Origin: a virus
Taxonomy: Duplodnaviria; Heunggongvirae; Uroviricota; Caudoviricetes
DNA length: 61,798 nt
IMG/VR virus record: IMGVR_UViG_3300033233_000007
Strand: one strand, 5' to 3'
Under the pieces are notes generated by a model, which saw only the letters and a list, made by a program, of their open reading frames with translations, had not been told where the DNA came from and ran no database searches. Below are positions 1 through 9,050 of the stretch, one piece after another. A program made the translations under genes and the position numbers. Positions within the stretch are counted from its first letter, which is position 1. The number at the start of each line of letters is the position of its first letter.

Positions 1-213
1 TCCATTATAGGAGACGTAGCCGATGTACTCGCCGTTCTTGTACACGGGCGGGCTTGTCCAGTTGCCGCCGCCCATATCCCAGAACTCGATGTACTCGCGG
101 CACCGCTTGGCGATAGCGGCAAGCGTCCGTGCCGTGACCCTTTGGGGTTCCGACACGGGCGCGTACTGGCCGAAGTCGGGATTGCCGACCGAGTGAAGGT
201 TGACAGCGTACAT
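1..213 (-). CDS. Hypothetical protein, runs off left edge (MYAVNLHSVGNPDF...IGYVSYNG)
   Basis: Manual translation; ATGA overlap with upstream gene; absent from ORF track because truncated. Confidence 0.65.
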   Translation of the reverse strand, partial: MYAVNLHSVGNPDFGQYAPVSEPQRVTARTLAAIAKRCREYIEFWDMGGGNWTSPPVYKNGEYIGYVSYNG

Positions 214-545
214 CAGACCCCTCGCTTTCGTATGAGCGCACGAGTCGCTGCCGCTATGCTCTCGCGGATGCGCTCGTTCGCCCGCTTCTTGGCTTTGCGG
301 ACAGCTTGCGCCCCCGGATCGCTGGCGCGTTCGCGCAGGATCGCCTTGACGTGTTCAGGCATGGGCGGCGGGGGCTTGAGTCCGCAGTAGTCGATGAGGA
401 TACGTCGTGCCTCCTTCTTATCGGGGGCGCGGAAAAACGCGCCCCACGGGTCGCGCTTCTCGCAACTCTCCGCATGGCCGATGATCTCGCGCACGTCCTC
501 GCGGATTTCCTCGCCGCAAGGTCCGCACCGTAGCGTCATGGTCAT
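213..545 (-). CDS. Hypothetical protein with CxxC
   Basis: ORF trimmed to ATG at 545 preceded by AGAAGGGG RBS-like sequence. Confidence 0.6.
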   Translation of the reverse strand: MTMTLRCGPCGEEIREDVREIIGHAESCEKRDPWGAFFRAPDKKEARRILIDYCGLKPPPPMPEHVKAILRERASDPGAQAVRKAKKRANERIRESIAAATRALIRKRGV

Positions 546-624
546 GCCCCTTCTATCAGCAACTTGTATGCCAATGTTTGCATACGTTTCTGAGCGAACT
601 TCAGCGTTTTGGAGTGCCTCGGCG

Positions 625-822
625 TTACCGTTCGGTAATGGCGCGTCATTTCGGTAGTGTAGGGCCGCGAGGTCGTCGCCGCAAGGTTCGCGCCGTAGGG
701 TCGCACTCATGCCCTATCTACTGCAAGATGTATGCCAATGTTTCCTGCGTTTTTAGCGTTTTTGAGCGTATCTTATATTACCAGATGGTAATTTAGTGTA
801 TTGAGACGTTACCGTTCGGTAA
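625..822. promoter_or_regulatory. Three TTACC-N4-GGTAA palindromes (625-638, 778-791, 809-822) in the divergent control region
   Basis: Read directly; lies between divergently transcribed arms. Confidence 0.6.
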
Positions 823-1104
823 TGACACCGCCGCCTCATGGCTCAAGGCCCTCGCCTTGAGCCGCCAGGTGGACGCCCAGGCGCATGAGATCGGACCTCG
901 CGGCACGAGATCGCGCCTTGTGGCTCAAGATCGACGCGGAACCGCCGGATCGGTTACGCTCCCGCACACCGTCCGCACCAGAAAAAAGTCTGATCCGGCT
1001 GGCTTCGGGCAGCTTTCTGGACCGGGCTCGCGCGTGCGCGGGACCGGAGCCGGTCAAGGTCTGGTCCAGACAAAAACTTGACCGCACCGGCTCCACGCGG
1101 TAGC

Positions 1105-1530
1105 ATGGCCCCCTGCGTGCCGCCGAACGAATTGCAGTCAAACGATGCGCGGGACAAAAAACCGCAAAAGACGTTCAGTAATAGTCCCGTCAAGTTTGAA
1201 AATGGGAAGCGCGTCTATCCGAAACTGGGCGTCAGAGGTGGTCCGCGCCTGCCCCCGAGCGAGCGCAGTCTCAAGATCAACACGCTCTTGGCGCTGCTGG
1301 TGAAGAACCAGAACAAGCTCATCGACATGACCGTGCTGCACGCGCAGTCGAACTTCTACCGCGCGCTTCGGTACATGAGGATGATCCTGTTCCGGCATTC
1401 GATCGACGAACTCAAGGCCATGACGGAAGACTCGCTGTTCGAATATTTTCTCGAGAACTACGAGGGGGCTCACGTTTGGGAACGCGAGAACAAACCTCAG
1501 TATCGAAACCCGTTTAAGAGGAGGGGCTAA
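1105..1530 (+). CDS. Hypothetical protein
   Basis: ORF; TAATG coupling to next gene. Confidence 0.6.
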   Translation: MAPCVPPNELQSNDARDKKPQKTFSNSPVKFENGKRVYPKLGVRGGPRLPPSERSLKINTLLALLVKNQNKLIDMTVLHAQSNFYRALRYMRMILFRHSIDELKAMTEDSLFEYFLENYEGAHVWERENKPQYRNPFKRRG

Positions 1531-3608
1531 TGCCGAGACGTAAGGCCGACAGCGCCGTGGGCGAAGAGGATGTCATGGACATCCGGGAACTCGTCCAGGA
1601 ACCGGGCGTCAGGGAGAAAGTCGTCGTTAAGCAGACGCGCGACATCGTGGGCGACAGTCCGCGTGACGCGCTCGAAAGACTGGACGACGCGGACAGGAAG
1701 GCCGCCAAGGCCAATGGCGAAAGCAAGGTCGAAGAAGACATCGTCCAGTTTTCCGACGCCATCACGAAAGCCGGCAACCGCATCGTCGTCTACCGCTACG
1801 CGCCGAAAATCGACCCGGCGACAAACACGGACATCACGGGCCAGGTCGACGTCCTTCCGCCGCCCTTCAGGACCGCCGACCTCGAAGACCACATCAAGAA
1901 GACCCACGGCGGCGGCAAGTATCACATCAGCGCCTTCGGGACCGAGGACGATCAGGTCGAGATCGCCGGCAAGAACCTCGACATCCCCGGCGACCCCATC
2001 GTGATCGGCCCGCAGCGCCCGCGCTTTCAGTTCGAAGAGTACCCGCCCGGCGCGCCGCGCGGGTTGTTCGAAGAAGAAGAGAATCGCGATCCGACGCACA
2101 GGATCATGCAGGACCAACTCAAGACGATGGAGCATCGGCTTCGCGTGGCCGCGATCAACAAGAACATCAAGCGGCTCTCCAAGGACGACGATGACGACGG
2201 CGGTCGCGCTCAGGAAGCGGCGGCTGCCGCGCGCGAGGCCGAAGCCCTGCGGCTGGAACTCGTGAACCAGAAGGCCGACGCCGATCGCCAGCGGCTCGAG
2301 CAGGAGCGGCGCGCCATGGAAGAGCGGCAACGCCGCGAGGTCGACGGCCTCAAGACCGCTTTCGACGCGAAGTTCGAGCGGCTGATGGAGCAGATGGAGC
2401 GCGCCAAGGACGAGGGCGGCGGCACGACGAAGATGATCGAGCTTCAGGCGAAGCTCGATACGATCAAGATGGAGCAGAAGATGGAGATGGAAAGGCTCTT
2501 CATGACGCTGAAGGAGACCTCCAGGCCCCGCGACGACAAGCCCGATGCCATGGTCCAGATCATGCCGCTGTTCATGAAGAGCATGGAGGCCATCGCTCAG
2601 GGCAACCAGCAGCAGTCGAACATGATGATGCAGATGATGCAGCAGAACTCGCAGGCCCAGGCCGCCCAGCAGCAGAGCCAGCTTCAGCAGGCTCAGCAGC
2701 AGCAGACGCTTCTGATGACGCTGATGACGAAGAACACGGAGAACATGATCGGCCTCATCAGCGACGACAAGGACCGGAAGAACCCGCTGACGAACATGAA
2801 GGAGGTCATGTCCATCGCCCGCGAAGTCGCCGAGACTATGGGTGGCGGCGGTTCGTCGGAGCCCAAGGCCTTCGGCGACCGCGTGCTCGACGCCATCGAG
2901 AAGATCGTGCCCGACGTCCTCGAGTTCGTGCGCGAGCGCCAGGAGCGCGGACTCGAAGTGACCAAGAGGGAAATCCAGAACCAGGCGCGCAAGCTCGTGA
3001 CGGATATTTCGCAGAGCGTCGGCGAAGAAGTGCGCGCCGCCCGCGGAGGCAGTTTGCCGCCGGCCCGTCAGGCTGCGACCGCCGCAACTCGCCAGACCGC
3101 CTCGGCCGCTCCGGTCGTCATCGACGCTGATGATCGTCCGGCCGCCGACTATGTGAACTCGTCGCCCATGCAACCCGCGCAGGCCGCGCCGCCGCAGGCG
3201 ATCATCACGCCCGCGCCCGTGCAGGAGGATACGGCTTCGCCGCCTCAGCCGGCCGTCAAGCCCCTGCCCGAGAATTTTGCGGACACGGAGGCGCGGCGTC
3301 GCGTCGAACATGTCCTGCGCGTGCTTCAGGCGGAAGTCCAGGTTCTGCCGGGCATGCAGACGTGGGTCGATGAAGCCCTCAAGCATCTGCCGAAGAAAGT
3401 ACTCGTCGCGGTTGTCGCTTCCGAGAACGACGAGCAGCTTCACGAGGCCGTCAAGCCGTGGGGGTCGCAGGAACTCATGGACAGCATTTGGAACGTCATC
3501 AAAGACAGCGACGACGCTCGCGAGTGGCTCGTCGACGGCATCAACGAACTCAAGGACAGGTACAACGGCGTCGACGAAAACGGCGAAGAGGAGGCCGACG
3601 GTGAGTGA
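1530..3608 (+). CDS. Large coiled-coil, Met/Gln-rich protein (possible morphogenesis factor)
   Basis: 692-aa ORF with heptad-like E/K/Q/M-rich central region. Confidence 0.8.
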   Translation: MPRRKADSAVGEEDVMDIRELVQEPGVREKVVVKQTRDIVGDSPRDALERLDDADRKAAKANGESKVEEDIVQFSDAITKAGNRIVVYRYAPKIDPATNTDITGQVDVLPPPFRTADLEDHIKKTHGGGKYHISAFGTEDDQVEIAGKNLDIPGDPIVIGPQRPRFQFEEYPPGAPRGLFEEEENRDPTHRIMQDQLKTMEHRLRVAAINKNIKRLSKDDDDDGGRAQEAAAAAREAEALRLELVNQKADADRQRLEQERRAMEERQRREVDGLKTAFDAKFERLMEQMERAKDEGGGTTKMIELQAKLDTIKMEQKMEMERLFMTLKETSRPRDDKPDAMVQIMPLFMKSMEAIAQGNQQQSNMMMQMMQQNSQAQAAQQQSQLQQAQQQQTLLMTLMTKNTENMIGLISDDKDRKNPLTNMKEVMSIAREVAETMGGGGSSEPKAFGDRVLDAIEKIVPDVLEFVRERQERGLEVTKREIQNQARKLVTDISQSVGEEVRAARGGSLPPARQAATAATRQTASAAPVVIDADDRPAADYVNSSPMQPAQAAPPQAIITPAPVQEDTASPPQPAVKPLPENFADTEARRRVEHVLRVLQAEVQVLPGMQTWVDEALKHLPKKVLVAVVASENDEQLHEAVKPWGSQELMDSIWNVIKDSDDAREWLVDGINELKDRYNGVDENGEEEADGE

Positions 3609-3900
3609 AAAGGCCAAGACCACGGAAAAGCAGTTCAGCCCGCAGGAGATTTTCGCGGGCTACGTCGCCGTGCTGCACGCCAACACGGAGGCGCTCAGGA
3701 AACACGCGGAGGCCATGTCGAAGTTCGCGAGCGTGCTCGTCGACGTCAAAGACAGCGCCGATGCCGTGCACGACATCATTCTCGAGTACATGAACGAGTT
3801 CGGCGCCGAAGAGGGTGAGGAAGAAGAGGAGCCCGAGGACCCTGGCAAGCCCGATAAGCCGGAGCCCGAGGGCAACGGGCACGACGCGACGAAAACGTAG
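3601..3900 (+). CDS. Small acidic hypothetical protein
   Basis: GTG start overlapping upstream stop. Confidence 0.65.
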   Translation: MSEKAKTTEKQFSPQEIFAGYVAVLHANTEALRKHAEAMSKFASVLVDVKDSADAVHDIILEYMNEFGAEEGEEEEEPEDPGKPDKPEPEGNGHDATKT

Positions 3901-4241
3901 TGGGCAACCTGCGTAACGACGCCGAGGAGGTCATCCTCGACCGCTTCAAGTCGGCGAAGGGCCTCGTTGTTGCCGAGATCGTCCGCGTGATGCGGAAGAA
4001 GAAGATGTCGAATGCCGAACTCGCGAGGCGTCTCGGCGTCAGCGCCCAGTACGTCGGCCAGGTGCTCAAGCGAAAACGCAACGTGACGATCGAGACGCTG
4101 GAGGAGATCGCGCACCATCTCGGCATGGCGTGGTGCTGGACGATGGTAAATATCGATGTTTACCCCGCGGTCGCGAGTTATTTGAAGCTTGTGCAGAAAA
4201 ATTTTCAGGAAGGTGTTGACACGAGGCCGCTGGCCTCCTAA
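3900..4241 (+). CDS. XRE/Cro-C1 HTH transcriptional regulator
   Basis: MSNAELARRLGVSAQYVGQVLKRKRNVTIETLEEIA HTH_3 pattern. Confidence 0.85.
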   Translation: MGNLRNDAEEVILDRFKSAKGLVVAEIVRVMRKKKMSNAELARRLGVSAQYVGQVLKRKRNVTIETLEEIAHHLGMAWCWTMVNIDVYPAVASYLKLVQKNFQEGVDTRPLAS

Positions 4242-4244
4242 TAA
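4216..4244 (+). promoter_or_regulatory. Sigma70-like promoter TTGACA-N17-TAATAA
   Basis: Direct motif match upstream of leader repeat 1. Confidence 0.55.
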
Positions 4245-4259
4245 TGTGACGTCGTAGAA

Positions 4260-4319
4260 AGGGCGGAAGAGTTCGACGACGAACAGTAAAGCCCGGCGAG
4301 AGCTTCGCCGGGCTTTTTT
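4260..4319 (+). terminator. Leader repeat 1: AGGGCGGAAGA-GTTC..GAAC hairpin plus intrinsic terminator
   Basis: AAAGCCCGGCGA..TCGCCGGGC-T6; duplicated at 4561-4620. Confidence 0.75.
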
Positions 4320-4332
4320 CGTTTCGGAGCAA

Positions 4333-4545
4333 ATGACGATAGAACGGGGGAACGGAACGCAGGATGTCTGGAGAGACGTCCATTGCCCAAACTGCGCTGC
4401 CTTCGTCGCGAAATTCGATCATGCCGATGGCCGCGGGTATCTGCGCTGCCGCTCGTGCCCCACGTGGTTCATCGTCGAGTTCCACGGCAATGGGGCGCCG
4501 ACGATTACCCCCGTGCAAAAGAAAGGGACGCAGATGACGGCTTAG
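4333..4545 (+). CDS. Com-like zinc-ribbon regulator
   Basis: DVHCPNC..LRCRSC two CxxC pairs in 70 aa, resembling Mu Com family. Confidence 0.65.
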   Translation: MTIERGNGTQDVWRDVHCPNCAAFVAKFDHADGRGYLRCRSCPTWFIVEFHGNGAPTITPVQKKGTQMTA

Positions 4546-4560
4546 TACGCGTGAGATCGT

Positions 4561-4620
4561 AGGGCGGAAGAGTTCATCAAGAACAGCAAAGCCCGGTGCC
4601 GAAAGGTGCCGGGCTTTTTT
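4561..4620 (+). terminator. Leader repeat 2: same motif plus intrinsic terminator
   Basis: AGGGCGGAAGAGTTC-N5-GAACAGCAAAGCCCGG..CCGGGC-T6. Confidence 0.75.
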
Positions 4621-4657
4621 ATTTGTGGACGTATGGGGAACCAAAGGTCTTGAGACG

Positions 4658-5219
4658 ATGCCTGCCGAAACATATAGCCCGAACGTAACGCTCGCCGACA
4701 TCCCGGCGTCGCGCTTCACGGAAGCAACCATCGGGAAGATGCACCAGTTCGTGCTCGGCGCGGTTTGCGATCCCCACTTCCAGGACCTCGCTTCCAGCAT
4801 CGTCGGCAAGTGCGCCAACAAAGACTACACCTGCGAAGCCAATACCATTTTGAAAGCCGTGAAGTCTCTGGTCCGGTACGTGCGCGATCCCCACGAAGTC
4901 GAACTGATCCAGTCACCGTGGATCACGCTCAGGCGCCGGGCCGGAGACTGTGGATCGGCCCCTCGCGGCGACGCGGGGGGCAAGACGCGACGACATGACA
5001 ACCTTGGTCTCTGCGCTGGCGTCCGCGCTCGGGCACCAGTATCGCTTCGTGACGATCAAGGCCGATGCGCAGAGACAGGCCGAGTGGTCGCATGTCTATC
5101 CCGAGATCATGGTCGGCGGCAAGTGGCTTACCGCCGATGCGTCCGTGGGTCGCAGCTACCTCGGCTGGGAGCCGGAGAAATATTTTGCGAAGGCCGTGTG
5201 GCCGGAGCCGAAACGCTGA
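4658..5219 (+). CDS. Transglutaminase-like cysteine protease interrupted by a 37-nt insert at the catalytic Cys
   Basis: VRYVRDP..GDC in one frame, DDMTTLVSAL..HVY..W..AD in another; removing 37 nt restores GDCDD. Confidence 0.8.
4950..4986 (+). other. 37-nt hairpin insertion (GTGGA...AGAC) with GCGA tetraloop
   Basis: GCCCCTCGCG-GCGA-CGCGGGGGGC stem; boundaries ambiguous by a few nt. Confidence 0.75.
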
Positions 5220-5258
5220 ATGCTCGGACACTGAGGAACAAGGTCGCAAAGCCCGTGT

Positions 5259-6026
5259 ATGGCTAACTTCGAAGCCGACATACCGCCCGACGTTTTCGGC
5301 CCCGAGATGGTCGGAAGCGACAGGGCGCTGGCGCCGCGACTGACGCTCCGTCACGTCCCCGACGGCGGCGATCTCGTCCTGCGCGCCAACGCCGGAGAGT
5401 CCTCGACGGGCCTGCCCATCCTCTCGGGCGCCCGCGGCACGGAGCGCCGGCAGATCAACGCCGCCGATCAGGAGCTTCCGCATTTCCGGCCGCCGACGGC
5501 GACGTGGCAATCCCAGGTTCCTCTCTACTCCGCTCAGGCGTGGCAGGTCCCGCCGGTCGTCACCGGCATTCCCAAGTTCGGCAGGTCCGTCGATCAGTTT
5601 TACGTCCCCGAAGGTGAGATTCTTGACCTGATGTCCCGTGACCTTATGCCTCAGCCTTACGAGGCGACGGCGATTGTTCCCGTTCCCTCTGGAGGAAACA
5701 TGCAAGGATTCGGACAGGAGTTTGACCAGCAGGCCGTGGCCGAAAAGGCGATCGTCGACGTCGGCATCAAGCCCAGTGACCCGTGGTGGCAGCAGGCCCT
5801 CAACGTCGCGCTCGGCACGGTGCAGACCATCACCGCACAGAAGCAGCAGGTGGCCGATCAGAAGGCGCGGGAGCGGGAACTCGAGCTTCAGATTCGCGCG
5901 CAACAGGCGGGACTCACCATCCCCGGTCTGGCGCCCAAGGCCGGTGCACTGTCATCGCCGTGGGTTCTCATTCCCGTTGTCGGGATCGCCGCCTACCTTA
6001 TTTACACCCAGGTCGCCAAGCGTTAG
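5259..6026 (+). CDS. Putative virion membrane protein, C-terminal TM; possible internal start at 5700 (MQGFGQ)
   Basis: C-terminal hydrophobic helix plus basic tail; GGAGG before internal ATG. Confidence 0.75.
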   Translation: MANFEADIPPDVFGPEMVGSDRALAPRLTLRHVPDGGDLVLRANAGESSTGLPILSGARGTERRQINAADQELPHFRPPTATWQSQVPLYSAQAWQVPPVVTGIPKFGRSVDQFYVPEGEILDLMSRDLMPQPYEATAIVPVPSGGNMQGFGQEFDQQAVAEKAIVDVGIKPSDPWWQQALNVALGTVQTITAQKQQVADQKARERELELQIRAQQAGLTIPGLAPKAGALSSPWVLIPVVGIAAYLIYTQVAKR

Positions 6027-6242
6027 ATGAACTATCTCGGACAAGCGGACGCTCTGGGTACGAGCATCGCACGCGCCCTGCAACCGACGGTCGACGCGCT
6101 GGCCGGCCGCATCCGGCCCATCATCGCCGAGGAAATCCAGAAGAACGTCCCCACGGCCGCGACGATCTTCGGCCTCTCCGTGGGCGGCGCGGTTATCGCC
6201 GGCCTCATTCTGGGCGGCTATCTCTATGGAAGGCGCGGCTAA
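6027..6242 (+). CDS. Small membrane protein
   Basis: 71 aa, C-terminal TM then GRRG. Confidence 0.75.
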   Translation: MNYLGQADALGTSIARALQPTVDALAGRIRPIIAEEIQKNVPTAATIFGLSVGGAVIAGLILGGYLYGRRG

Positions 6243-6988
6243 TGCCATTTTTTATGCCCTCGTTCGTCACGACGCGCGACGCCTACACGCCGCAGCAATC
6301 TTCGCGCGTTGAGGCCGGCTATCGCGGGGCGCCGATCTACTCGAGCCGCGAAATGGCCAAGGGAGTGAAGATCGATCCATACCAGGGGCCCGCCCGCGGC
6401 GTGGCCGGACTCGGGCAGGAAGTCTATCTGGGCAAGCTCAGAATGCAGACGGGCGACCGAAGCGCGCTCTTCCATCGCACGCAGGACCTGTGGACGGGTC
6501 TTGACGCGCTGAAGAAACGAATCGCAGGAATCGGCGACGACGTCTGGAAGGTCGCGCAGAACCGGGTCTCGGGCCTGCCGACGAAGACGGCGGCTCTTGC
6601 CATGGTCGAGTCCCCGTCGAAAATTCAGTCCCTCTGGGACGCGTTCGACAAGACCTGCGAGACGTCGTGGATTCCCGGCTTCGACCTCGCGTGTAACAAC
6701 GACGCTTACGCCCAACTCGTCGCCGTGATGGACGCCGCGTCGGCTCACCAGATCGTGGTTGAGCGGCACGTCGCCACCGTCCTTAATACGGTCACGACGG
6801 ACGAACAGAGAAAAATCAGAGACGTGGGGTTCCAGCGGTTCATGGAACTTCAGGTCGAGCGCGTCAAGGAGCCCGCGCCCGTCGGCGGCTTCAGTCTTGG
6901 TGGCATCCTCACGATCGCCGGCATCGGCCTCGCCGCCTTCCTCTTTCTTCCGCGCGTCAGCGAATTCATGAGAGCGGTCAAAAAGTAA
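6242..6988 (+). CDS. Putative virion membrane protein, C-terminal TM
   Basis: TAATG coupling; TM LGGILTIAGIGLAAFLFL. Confidence 0.75.
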   Translation: MPFFMPSFVTTRDAYTPQQSSRVEAGYRGAPIYSSREMAKGVKIDPYQGPARGVAGLGQEVYLGKLRMQTGDRSALFHRTQDLWTGLDALKKRIAGIGDDVWKVAQNRVSGLPTKTAALAMVESPSKIQSLWDAFDKTCETSWIPGFDLACNNDAYAQLVAVMDAASAHQIVVERHVATVLNTVTTDEQRKIRDVGFQRFMELQVERVKEPAPVGGFSLGGILTIAGIGLAAFLFLPRVSEFMRAVKK

Positions 6989-9039
6989 TGGCCACCATCG
7001 ACGCAGACCTTCGCGAGCACCTCGGCCCCGACGCCGTGCCGCAGAGCATCGAGCGCAATCCGCTTCTCATGGCGGTGAGAAACCCGGTCGAGATCACGCC
7101 GGCAAACGTGGAAGACTACGGCGGGCGATATATCGAGACGACGCACGGCGACATGAAGATGACCCACTACGGCCCCGGAAGTTTTTACATCACGCTCACG
7201 CCGATCGTGAAAGGCGAAAAAGCGACCCGCGATCTCACGTGGGGGCCTATCGGCAAGAACAAGGCGATTGAGATCATGAACCGCCTCATCTCGGACAAGC
7301 CGCTTCGCGGAAATCCGATCCAGTGGACGCCGGGCGTCGGATACGAAGACGTGCCGGCGCGCGGAAATCGCATCATCGGCCAAGCGACGTCTCATGTCGT
7401 GAAACGTCCCTTTGGTCGCAGCTACTACTATTGGAGTTGGAAGGGTCAGACGGCCCCGCGCGGCCCCGTGGGGGCTGCAGGTTTTCTGACAGGCGACGAG
7501 ATGATTGATATGCAAACTGGGGAGGTGTTCGTGCGCGAAAATCCGCTTCTCATGGCCGTGTCAAACCCCGGTCCCGTCGAAGTCACGTTCGTGGACCAAA
7601 CGGGGACGAGGACCGTGCGCGCCCGCGTCGGCGGCGACGTCACGGTCCGCAGCATCCTGCCCGCGATCATCACGCGCATGGGCCTGCCGACGACGAGTCC
7701 TGACGGCCAGGCCATGAGCTATTCGCTGGATTACAAGGAAGGCGGGGTCCGCCTTTTGGAAGATCAGACGCTTGCAGACGCCGGCGTCGTCACGGGTCAT
7801 CACCTCATTGTCTTCCCGGAGATCGTGGCGGGGAATCCTGTACATGTTTGCTGCAATCCGCGCACGGGCGTGTGCGACAACCCGCGGCATAGAAATCCGC
7901 TGGACGCTAGAGAAAAATCCGACGTCATCAGCCGCGCGGCTTCCGCATACAGCCGCTCCGCCGTCGCTCCTCGAAGGATCGACGCGGAATACTATCGCGG
8001 GTACGGCCGCGGCATGATGGACGTCGCGGACAGGCATTCGGCCGCGGAGACATATTATCCCGTCGCCGCCAATCCAAAGCGCGCGGGCGGCGTTACCGTT
8101 CTTCCGTACCGCTGGATCGCATCTCTCGAAGAGGCCGGGATCAGGGTTCCTTCCTACGGAGTTTCGGGTCACATGGCCGCTTTCAAGAGGCCCGTGCCTC
8201 TGGCCCACGTCAAGACTATGCTTGAAGAGTACGCGCAAAAGAAGTTGAAGGGACTCCCTCGAGTGGCAGACTTTCTGACCAGGCAGGAGCGGAAGGCGGT
8301 TATTCGAGGAATGATAGATCGTGCGCTTCGCGATGCCGAAACGGGGCAGTTTCATGAAATCGAGAGAGCTTCCGGCGGCTCCAATCCGGGTGAAGACGCC
8401 CTCTTCGACAACCCCTACTACGTCGCCCACCGCGAGGCCATGCCTGCGGAGACCGACATCGTCCGCAGCCTTCGCCGTCGTCGCGACACCTTCCAGCGGT
8501 TTGAGCGTGCGCCGGGGCCCCGCTACGGCGGCGCCGTCGGGCCGTTCCGCACGGGCGACGAGGCAATCGACAGTTGGGGATGGGCCGCGCCTATGGCGAG
8601 GGGCGATGAAGAGCGTGAGATGAGGGTCGCCGCCAACCCGACGCTCGCCGCGGCGCCGTTTCATCCCGGAAAGAAAATCTCCGTAGGCGAGTTCGAGTCG
8701 TGGCTCTCCGCAAACGGCAACCCCGAGGAAAAGCGCGAGTACGAAAGGTCCAAAGCCGCGTACAAGAAGTTTCATCTTGGCGCGGAGCCGAAGTCCATCA
8801 CCCGCGAAGTCATGGACGTCGGCCTGAACCACGGCGTCGTCACGGACCGCGGCTTCGGCTACGGGCTGGGGCAGTCCACGCATGAAACGTACTTCGCGCC
8901 GAAGAATTCGAAAAAAGCGGGCACGGTCTACGTGCACAAATGGGGAACCCGACCCGAGGCCATTGCGACTTCGGACGGCCGGGTCATCATGAAGCCGCTT
9001 AAAGGCACGGCCAGGATCGACGACTGGCTGCGCGGTTAA
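6988..9039 (+). CDS. Asn-Pro-punctuated polyprotein containing a ubiquitin-like domain (7567-7833)
   Basis: 14 NP dipeptides; VEVTFVDQTG..YSL..QTLADAGV..LIVFPEIVAG resembles EsaB/YukD-type Ubl. Confidence 0.8.
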   Translation: MATIDADLREHLGPDAVPQSIERNPLLMAVRNPVEITPANVEDYGGRYIETTHGDMKMTHYGPGSFYITLTPIVKGEKATRDLTWGPIGKNKAIEIMNRLISDKPLRGNPIQWTPGVGYEDVPARGNRIIGQATSHVVKRPFGRSYYYWSWKGQTAPRGPVGAAGFLTGDEMIDMQTGEVFVRENPLLMAVSNPGPVEVTFVDQTGTRTVRARVGGDVTVRSILPAIITRMGLPTTSPDGQAMSYSLDYKEGGVRLLEDQTLADAGVVTGHHLIVFPEIVAGNPVHVCCNPRTGVCDNPRHRNPLDAREKSDVISRAASAYSRSAVAPRRIDAEYYRGYGRGMMDVADRHSAAETYYPVAANPKRAGGVTVLPYRWIASLEEAGIRVPSYGVSGHMAAFKRPVPLAHVKTMLEEYAQKKLKGLPRVADFLTRQERKAVIRGMIDRALRDAETGQFHEIERASGGSNPGEDALFDNPYYVAHREAMPAETDIVRSLRRRRDTFQRFERAPGPRYGGAVGPFRTGDEAIDSWGWAAPMARGDEEREMRVAANPTLAAAPFHPGKKISVGEFESWLSANGNPEEKREYERSKAAYKKFHLGAEPKSITREVMDVGLNHGVVTDRGFGYGLGQSTHETYFAPKNSKKAGTVYVHKWGTRPEAIATSDGRVIMKPLKGTARIDDWLRG

Positions 9040-9050
9040 GAAAAGGAGGC

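Noticed and set aside
1527-3623. Long antisense ORFs (also 7561-8937, 9075-10442, 19719-21323, 24214-25422, 43453-44559)
   Set aside because: Shadow frames of GC-rich genes with no RBS or motifs.
4949-4992. Archaeal bulge-helix-bulge or group I reading of the 37-nt insert
   Set aside because: The BHB register gives DCGD with poor flanking stems; no register gives both exon-U and terminal G; no catalytic core.
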